From positions 1 through 64,000 of the IMG/VR virus record IMGVR_UViG_3300012919_001127: a stretch of DNA of 64,000 nucleotides. One strand, given 5' to 3'. Numbering within the stretch: the stretch's first letter is position 1; the number at the start of each line of letters is the position of its first letter. The stretch comes from an uncultured virus (IMG/VR IMGVR_UViG_3300012919_001127) (Duplodnaviria; Heunggongvirae; Uroviricota; Caudoviricetes). Positions 57,836 through 64,000 of this stretch are shown here, piece after piece. The translations under genes were made by a program, and so were the position numbers. A model generated the notes under the pieces. That model saw nothing but the letters and a program-made list of their open reading frames with translations, did not search any database and was not told the DNA's origin.

Positions 57836-58529
57836 GTTAATAATGCCTATGGCAGGTGATGGAAACAGGTTCAAAGAAAAAGGATATGATATACCCAAGC
57901 CTTTGGTTCCTGTAAAAGGTATACCAATGTTTCAATATGCTGAACAACAGATAGGTATTGACTTTGATGAACGTATTTTTATAGTGCGTAAGGATCATAA
58001 CATCACTGACAAAATTAAAGATTTATATTCTAATGCAACAGTCATAGAACTGGACCAACTTACAGAAGGTACTGCTTGTACACTTTACAAAGCCAAAGAA
58101 CTATTCGCTGAAGGAGATAGTGTGTTTGTTAGCAACTGTGATCAAAGTGTTGCATGGGATAGCAACAAGGTTAGAATAATTATAGACAATGGTATAGATG
58201 GACTTATAGCAACCTTTACGTGTCCGGATAAAAATCCTAAATGGAGTTATGCAAAAACAGTTGCAGACAAAGTTGTAGAGGTTGCAGAAAAGAAAGCAAT
58301 ATCAGACAGAGCAACAGTAGGATATTATTATTGGCGTGATGCAAAACAAATGTTTAGGAACATAGATCAAATGATTGAAGCTAATGATAGGGTCAACAAT
58401 GAATTTTACACTTGCCCTGTGTATAATTACACTATTAAGGAAGGTGCAAATGTGTGTGCATTTGATGTTGTTTCAATGCAAGGTATTGGGACACCAGAAG
58501 ATCTAGAAAGTTACATAAATGAAAATTGA
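57825..58529 (+). CDS. Sugar-phosphate nucleotidyltransferase family protein
   Basis: PMAGDGNRF...PKPL, EGTA, NCD, VAEK, EFY, GTPEDL. Confidence 0.85.
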   Translation: MSIKLIMPMAGDGNRFKEKGYDIPKPLVPVKGIPMFQYAEQQIGIDFDERIFIVRKDHNITDKIKDLYSNATVIELDQLTEGTACTLYKAKELFAEGDSVFVSNCDQSVAWDSNKVRIIIDNGIDGLIATFTCPDKNPKWSYAKTVADKVVEVAEKKAISDRATVGYYYWRDAKQMFRNIDQMIEANDRVNNEFYTCPVYNYTIKEGANVCAFDVVSMQGIGTPEDLESYINEN

Positions 58530-59127
58530 TATTAATGACATAAAATTTTGGATGGATGCAATCCGCAACAGTGATGATAGAGATCGCACACTTGAAACTT
58601 TTTGGGGAGGGCAAATCAAAAGCAAGTTGTGGTTAATAGAACAACTTGAGAAACACAAAGCAATTAGAAACGCAGAATGTATCATACACGGAGGTTGGAA
58701 TGGATTGTTGGCTTGTATGATATTCAATAGTGAACTTGGAATAAAACATATTACTAGCATAGACATAGATCCTAAATGTAAAGAAATTGCATCAACAATG
58801 AATAAACGTTATGAGATGGAAGGTAAATTTGAATCTGTTACAGCAGATATGTGTGAATATGAATACAAAACTAATCCTTATTTTGTAATTAATACAAGTT
58901 GTGAACACATAACACAGGAACAATATAACAAGTGGTTAGATAAAGTGCCAGGTGATGCACAGATTGTTTTACAAAGCAACAATTATTTCGAACTAGAAGA
59001 ACACGTGAATTGTATGAAAAGTCTTGCAGATTTTGAAAGAAAAAGTAAATTAAAAGTTTCTGAAAAGATGGAACTTGAATTACCTAAGTATACAAGATAT
59101 ATGTTAATAGGAAGGAAAGATGACTAA
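58519..59127 (+). CDS. Class I SAM-dependent methyltransferase-like protein
   Basis: IHGGWNG, SIDIDP, ADM, INTSCEH. Confidence 0.7.
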   Translation: MKIDINDIKFWMDAIRNSDDRDRTLETFWGGQIKSKLWLIEQLEKHKAIRNAECIIHGGWNGLLACMIFNSELGIKHITSIDIDPKCKEIASTMNKRYEMEGKFESVTADMCEYEYKTNPYFVINTSCEHITQEQYNKWLDKVPGDAQIVLQSNNYFELEEHVNCMKSLADFERKSKLKVSEKMELELPKYTRYMLIGRKDD

Positions 59128-60424
59128 AACTTTTTGCCCTTTGCCTTGGATACATTTAGCTACAAGACCTAATGGAGATGTTAGAGTGTGTTGTACTGCC
59201 AATGCCAGTGGTGCAGGTAAAGAAGATGAAAAGACAGCAGGACTTGTTAAGAAAGATGGTATAGCAATGAATTTGCGTGACCATACAATAGAAGAAGTGT
59301 GGAACAGTGAACACATGAGAAGAACAAGACTGCAAATGTTAAATGGCGAAGTGCCAAGCAGTTGCGTAAAATGTTTTAATGAAGAAGCAAAAGGTATAAC
59401 AAGTAAACGCCAATGGGAAACTGAAGAATGGAAACAACGTTTAGACTTTAACAAACTTATTGCAAGTACACAAGATGATGGTACTGCACCTGTAAATATT
59501 CCTTACTTTGATCTTCGTTTAGGTAACTTATGTCAACTTAAATGTGTAATGTGTAGTCCACATGATAGTTCAAGTTGGATCAAAGAATGGAAACTACAAT
59601 ATCCACAGTATAAAAACAAAGATTTAATTGCAGATCAAGGCTGGGACGATCAATATGATTATACTTGGTACAAGAAAGGATCTTTTATAGATTCGATGAA
59701 AAGTCAAGCAAAGCACATACAGGAACTATACTTTGCAGGTGGTGAACCATTATTGATACCTGAACACTATGCAATATTAGAATTTATGGTTGCGGAAGGA
59801 TATGCAAAAGACTGTAATTTAAGATATAATTCAAATGGTTTAGAATTACCAGACAAATTATTTCAGTTATGGGATCATTTCAAAGAAATTAGATTTAATT
59901 TTAGCATAGATGCTTACGGAACACGTAATGAATATATACGTTATCCAAGCAAGTGGTCGGACGTTGAAACCAACTTAAAAAGACTTGATCAAAATACAAA
60001 GGACAACACAGTTATCAATATTGCCTGTGCAGTACAATTATTAAATGCAGGGTACATAGATGAACTAGCTGAATGGAAAATGGATCAAGGATTTAGTAAA
60101 ATCAATCCTTCAATGTTCGGCGGAGGAATAATAGGAACACATTTAGTCTATTTGCCATCATACTTGAACGTACAAGTTTTACCTAAATCAGCTAAAGATT
60201 GGATTAAGGAAAAAGTAGAAACTTTTATAGATAGACAAAAATTTAATTTAGAATTTAATCAACATCCGTATGGAGCACAACGTTGGCATGGTTTGTTAAA
60301 ATACATGATGCAAGAAGACTGGAGTCACAAGTTACCAGCTTTACAAGAATATTTAAAAGTAACAGATGAAAGACGTGGGACAGATTTTAGAAAAACGTTT
60401 CCTGAACTAGGACAGTTTATATGA
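59120..60424 (+). CDS. Radical SAM protein with N-terminal SPASM/twitch-like domain
   Basis: CPLPWIH...G.VRVCC, CVKC, CQLKCVMC, AGGEP. Confidence 0.92.
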   Translation: MTKTFCPLPWIHLATRPNGDVRVCCTANASGAGKEDEKTAGLVKKDGIAMNLRDHTIEEVWNSEHMRRTRLQMLNGEVPSSCVKCFNEEAKGITSKRQWETEEWKQRLDFNKLIASTQDDGTAPVNIPYFDLRLGNLCQLKCVMCSPHDSSSWIKEWKLQYPQYKNKDLIADQGWDDQYDYTWYKKGSFIDSMKSQAKHIQELYFAGGEPLLIPEHYAILEFMVAEGYAKDCNLRYNSNGLELPDKLFQLWDHFKEIRFNFSIDAYGTRNEYIRYPSKWSDVETNLKRLDQNTKDNTVINIACAVQLLNAGYIDELAEWKMDQGFSKINPSMFGGGIIGTHLVYLPSYLNVQVLPKSAKDWIKEKVETFIDRQKFNLEFNQHPYGAQRWHGLLKYMMQEDWSHKLPALQEYLKVTDERRGTDFRKTFPELGQFI

Positions 60425-61011
60425 GAAAAATAATTGTAACAGGCAGTGAAAGTGTAATAGGAAAAGCTATAATGGAGGGTCTGTGGTGGTTTGTTGATGA
60501 TTACGAGATAATAGGACTTGATAAGAAAAATGGTCAAGATGTGCTAGACAATCTTGAGCTGATAGCAACAGCAGACATACTGATCAACAACGCATATATT
60601 CCTGTAGATCAAAACGCATTGTTTATGGCTTGGTGTAAGACAAACAAGGACAAGGCCAAACTGTGTGTAAATATTAGCAGTCAAATTGCTAGTGCAGAAG
60701 ATCCTAGCAAGTTTGCAACAGAACAGTATTACATAGATAAAAAGTATATGGACGAACAGAGTGTAGAGATAAACAAGAATCATTGGAAGTGCAAAGTTAG
60801 TGTAATAAGCCCTAACATCACTAAATCAAATTTATCTGAGCTAAACCTAGCAACGGGGCCTTTTAAAAAATGGGTTGAAAATTTATATAGTACCCACGAA
60901 AAAAATGGTACTTTGATAAAAGAAGAATCAATATCAAATTGTGTAAAATACATAATTGAAAGTTGGTTAGAAGGAACACACATTTCAAGAATAGAGGTTA
61001 GGAACCCATGA
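60421..61011 (+). CDS. Short-chain dehydrogenase/reductase-like protein
   Basis: IIVTG...IG, LINNA, NISS, YxxxK (YYIDK). Confidence 0.65.
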   Translation: MRKIIVTGSESVIGKAIMEGLWWFVDDYEIIGLDKKNGQDVLDNLELIATADILINNAYIPVDQNALFMAWCKTNKDKAKLCVNISSQIASAEDPSKFATEQYYIDKKYMDEQSVEINKNHWKCKVSVISPNITKSNLSELNLATGPFKKWVENLYSTHEKNGTLIKEESISNCVKYIIESWLEGTHISRIEVRNP

Positions 61012-61919
61012 AACTAACATACAAAGATCCTGCAAAAAATAATTGGTTCCTAGTCAGTTGGACATTGTCTAACAAGTGTAATTATAGATGTGAATACTGT
61101 CCAGACATATTACATAATGGAAGTACAGGACAACCTCAATGGTCAACTGTAAAAAGATTTGTGCAAAACTTTAATTTAAAAGATAAAAAAATTTGTTATA
61201 GATTAAGTGGAGGAGAACCTACTTATTGGAAACACTTTATTGATCTTGCAGAACTTGTTAAAGAAGAAGGTCACAAGTTTACCTTTATAAGTAATGGCAG
61301 TCAAAGTCCTGAGTATTTTAAAAAGATTGCTCCTTACACAGATGGTATGATGTTAAGTTATCATAAAGCATACGCAAATCCTGAACATTTCATAAAAATT
61401 ATAAATGAAAGCAAAATAGAAACTGTGATAAACATGATGTTATTGCCTTGTGACTTCGAAGAAATTTTTGCACTTGCTGAAAAAATTTATAGCTCAACTG
61501 CAAGAGCTAGTATAGTTCCTAAGGTTATAGTTGACAAAACAAGTTCTGAAAACATCACAAATGAAGTTATGACATACACAGAAGCACAAAAACAATTAAT
61601 TAAAGATTGGCCTTTTTCACGTAAAGTAAATGATGAAGAATTACATAGGGGTGCTATGATGTTAAATGATGAAGTTGTAAATGCTAATGATTTAATATTG
61701 CAAGATAAAAACAAGTTTAGTGGTTGGAACTGTTGGGCAGGATTACACGGAGTCAATATAGATATGTGGGGAAATATGTATAGGGCTGACTGTCAGTTTG
61801 GCGGAGCAATAGGAAACTTAGAAAGATACAAACTGCCAAAGGAAAAAATACTTTGTGGCAAAGAAAGATGCAGTTGTTTAAGCGACATATACATAAGGAA
61901 AGAAAATGAAAAAGTATAA
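61008..61919 (+). CDS. Radical SAM protein, paralog of 53760
   Basis: VSW.L..KCNYRCEYC, SGGEPT, WNCWAG, C....C.C. Confidence 0.9.
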   Translation: MKLTYKDPAKNNWFLVSWTLSNKCNYRCEYCPDILHNGSTGQPQWSTVKRFVQNFNLKDKKICYRLSGGEPTYWKHFIDLAELVKEEGHKFTFISNGSQSPEYFKKIAPYTDGMMLSYHKAYANPEHFIKIINESKIETVINMMLLPCDFEEIFALAEKIYSSTARASIVPKVIVDKTSSENITNEVMTYTEAQKQLIKDWPFSRKVNDEELHRGAMMLNDEVVNANDLILQDKNKFSGWNCWAGLHGVNIDMWGNMYRADCQFGGAIGNLERYKLPKEKILCGKERCSCLSDIYIRKENEKV

Positions 61920-62097
61920 AATTGGATTAATTCAGGCAGTTATAGTTTTAGTGCCAACATACTTGGTAGCATATCTCACAGATAAGATGGTTTATACCAT
62001 TCCAATGTTAGCGGCCGCAAGTTTTATTGCCGCATCATTTAGTAAAGACACAACTACTAAACGTATTGATGATATCTCTAAAGAAGGTAAAGATTAA
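61906..62097 (+). CDS. Small membrane protein
   Basis: 63 aa, two hydrophobic segments. Confidence 0.55.
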   Translation: MKKYKIGLIQAVIVLVPTYLVAYLTDKMVYTIPMLAAASFIAASFSKDTTTKRIDDISKEGKD

Positions 62098-62648
62098 TGA
62101 AAATATTAGTTACAGGTAATCCAAACTATGAAGGACTATGCAAAGGTATATACGAAGCATACAATCATAATTTTGTAGAATTTATAGGAAGATGGAATGG
62201 TTGGGATCTTACAGATTATGAAAAGGTAGCAAATTATGCCAAGTCATATGATGTATTTGTTAACAGCCAATACGGTCCTAACGGAGAACAAGTTGAGATG
62301 TTAGATGCTGTATACGAAAAGTTTGATAGCGGACACATAATTAACATAAGCAGTACAAGTTCTTACTGGGGTGATGGTTACAGTCCTAAAAATTACGTCG
62401 AAAATAAAACTTTGCTTGACGGAAGAAGCAAAAGGTTAGCAAAAAATGTATGCTGGGGTGACAGTAAAATACGGATCAGTAATATTGCTTTTGGTCAACT
62501 AAACAGTCAAAGTCAAAAAAATAAAGATGATAATAGACACAAGATAAGTTTGCTCGAAGCAGGAAAATATGTGAAGTGGGTAATAGATTCACCTCGTGAT
62601 ATTAATCTACATTATATCGCTTTGGATCCTATCCAAACAGGGGAGTAA
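62097..62648 (+). CDS. Short-chain dehydrogenase/reductase-like protein
   Basis: ILVTG, DVFVN, INISS, YxxxK (YVENK). Confidence 0.65.
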   Translation: MKILVTGNPNYEGLCKGIYEAYNHNFVEFIGRWNGWDLTDYEKVANYAKSYDVFVNSQYGPNGEQVEMLDAVYEKFDSGHIINISSTSSYWGDGYSPKNYVENKTLLDGRSKRLAKNVCWGDSKIRISNIAFGQLNSQSQKNKDDNRHKISLLEAGKYVKWVIDSPRDINLHYIALDPIQTGE

Positions 62649-63753
62649 GTTCTGGACAATGATCTAGTACTTTTGTGTTTCTAATTTTATCTAAATCATT
62701 TGTGTAGTTTATAAAAGCATCAATATACTTAGGTGCTTGTTCAGATTGTGTATAATTTATCTTAGGTAATTTAAAATCAATCTTATCTAATATCTCGTTA
62801 GGCAAAACTCTTGGATTCAAATAAGGAGGGGCTGTAACCACATTGTTGAAATATATTTCCCAGTTGTCTTTTTTGTTTTCTTCAAACCACCAATGTATTT
62901 TATCAAGGTGTGCTATGTTGTAAGCCATCACAGTCACAGCAATAATTATTCTATCAAAATCATATTGTTTTAAATTTTCATTTAGTTGTTCAAATGTAAA
63001 ATTTTTTCCGCCTCGAATGTATTCATATAAACCATCTGTGCCTTCCAAACTCACAGTCCATTTTGTTTCCTTGTATTGTTTGGCCAATTGAGCGACTTCT
63101 TCATCTACTATTGTGCCATTAGTAGTCCAGTCTATAGTTATGTTCTTTGCTATTCCTAAATCAATAAATTTTTTAAGTATCAACTTATTTGCAGGTTCCA
63201 TGTAAGGTTCGCCACCTTTGATGCTAAGATATCTCAAGTTCATGAATGGTGTTGGATCCTCAAACAGTCTAGCAACTATTTCATCGCTTTTATTGGTGTA
63301 TCCGAATTCTGGATCATCTATTCTACGTCCATAGGGGTTACCGTTTTGTGCTAATTTAAGATCATCTTTTACCCAAGCACTTGAATTTATTCCATCGCAC
63401 ATTCTACACTTTAGGTTACAGATATTGCTCATATTGAATTCCAAAAAGTAGATATCTGTGAAGTTTTTGGAGTAATCATAATTGGTATTTTCTAGCATTG
63501 GATTCAAAATATCTTTGAAAAATAATCTCCTGCTATGACCCACAGAGAGCTCTTTTAAAGCACATTGTTGACACTCGGGCGGTAAGTGGCCCGCTCTTAT
63601 TGAATCACGTGTGTATGACGCTGTATAGCTGTTTAAAAGGTCATTTAAAGACGATTCTAGCACGTTTCCGTAACGTTTTAAGTACACACCATCAGGTACT
63701 ATGTCACCATTAAAACGTACCAAAATACTATGCCATGGTGCGAAGCATTTCAT
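62629..63753 (-). CDS. Radical SAM protein with N-terminal twitch-like domain
   Basis: CFAPW, CQQC, CNLKCRMC, KGGEP, TTNG; GGAG RBS before ATG 63753. Confidence 0.9.
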   Translation of the reverse strand: MKCFAPWHSILVRFNGDIVPDGVYLKRYGNVLESSLNDLLNSYTASYTRDSIRAGHLPPECQQCALKELSVGHSRRLFFKDILNPMLENTNYDYSKNFTDIYFLEFNMSNICNLKCRMCDGINSSAWVKDDLKLAQNGNPYGRRIDDPEFGYTNKSDEIVARLFEDPTPFMNLRYLSIKGGEPYMEPANKLILKKFIDLGIAKNITIDWTTNGTIVDEEVAQLAKQYKETKWTVSLEGTDGLYEYIRGGKNFTFEQLNENLKQYDFDRIIIAVTVMAYNIAHLDKIHWWFEENKKDNWEIYFNNVVTAPPYLNPRVLPNEILDKIDFKLPKINYTQSEQAPKYIDAFINYTNDLDKIRNTKVLDHCPELTPLFG

Positions 63754-64000
63754 CGTATTTTTCTCCAAAAGCTGATCGTAGATCGCTTTCCATTTTTGTT
63801 TGAATTTCCTGTGGTGAATATATTCCTACGTTATCCCAATCTACAAGATAAGTGTTATCTCCATCTAAAAGTATATTGCTTAACACCCAATCATAGTGTG
63901 CATATGGCAAAGTTTGATCTAATGTTTCATTACAAAAAGTGTATATCCTTTTAAAAAATTTTGGTGTGTGTGGCACTTTGTTTGCCGGCGTGCCAGGTAC
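63728..64000 (-). CDS. Kinase / phosphotransferase-like protein (3' part; open past the right edge)
   Basis: Frame open from 64000 (VPGTPANKVPHTP...); HYDWVLSNIL and LVDWD match the HxDxxxxN and D-x-D kinase motifs. Confidence 0.6.
   Translation of the reverse strand, partial: VPGTPANKVPHTPKFFKRIYTFCNETLDQTLPYAHYDWVLSNILLDGDNTYLVDWDNVGIYSPQEIQTKMESDLRSAFGEKYDEMLRTMA

Noticed and set aside
2421..63954. Numerous 60-210 aa ORFs opposite or inside long genes
   Set aside because: Expected shadows of biased codon usage; they lie within well-supported CDSs.
1..64000. CRISPR array, diversity-generating retroelement, transposase or integrase
   Set aside because: No regularly spaced repeats with unique spacers, no reverse transcriptase or TR/VR pair and no transposase motifs seen; the repeats found are coding low-complexity tracts.
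1..64000. Stop-codon reassignment, as in some large phages
   Set aside because: Genes are full length and tightly packed under code 11, with TAA, TAG and TGA all used as stops.
41554..64000. Enzyme island as flanking bacterial host DNA (prophage boundary)
   Set aside because: Similar composition and packing to the phage genes, phage late-promoter motifs at operon heads, and no att site, integrase or housekeeping genes.

Overview
AT-rich 64 kb segment of a large T4-like (myovirus, jumbo-type) phage genome, standard genetic code. Left part: a truncated tape-measure-like gene, and a gp26-like hub/chaperone gene with a strong candidate -1 programmed frameshift into a start-less downstream ORF. 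Next come two probable internal head proteins, a ~400 nt densely structured non-coding region directly downstream of a stand-alone GIY-YIG nuclease, the gp46/gp47 (Rad50/Mre11) pair and the gp55 late sigma factor. Middle part (10.5-41.5 kb): a baseplate/tail operon with gp48/54-like, gp53, hub, gp5, gp25, gp6 (poly-Ser tail), a 4907-aa wedge protein and three paralogous fibres. Right part (41.5-64 kb): a ~22 kb island preceded by late-promoter motifs. It carries seven radical SAM enzymes, several glycosyltransferase-like, SGNH and SDR proteins, a UDP-glucose dehydrogenase, nucleotidyltransferase, HAD, methyltransferase, a kinase-like protein and an unannotated zf-CHCC protein. The strongest novelty candidates are the GIY-YIG plus structured ncRNA pair, the frameshift and the late radical-SAM/glycosylation island. 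All product calls come from motif recognition by eye; no searches were run.
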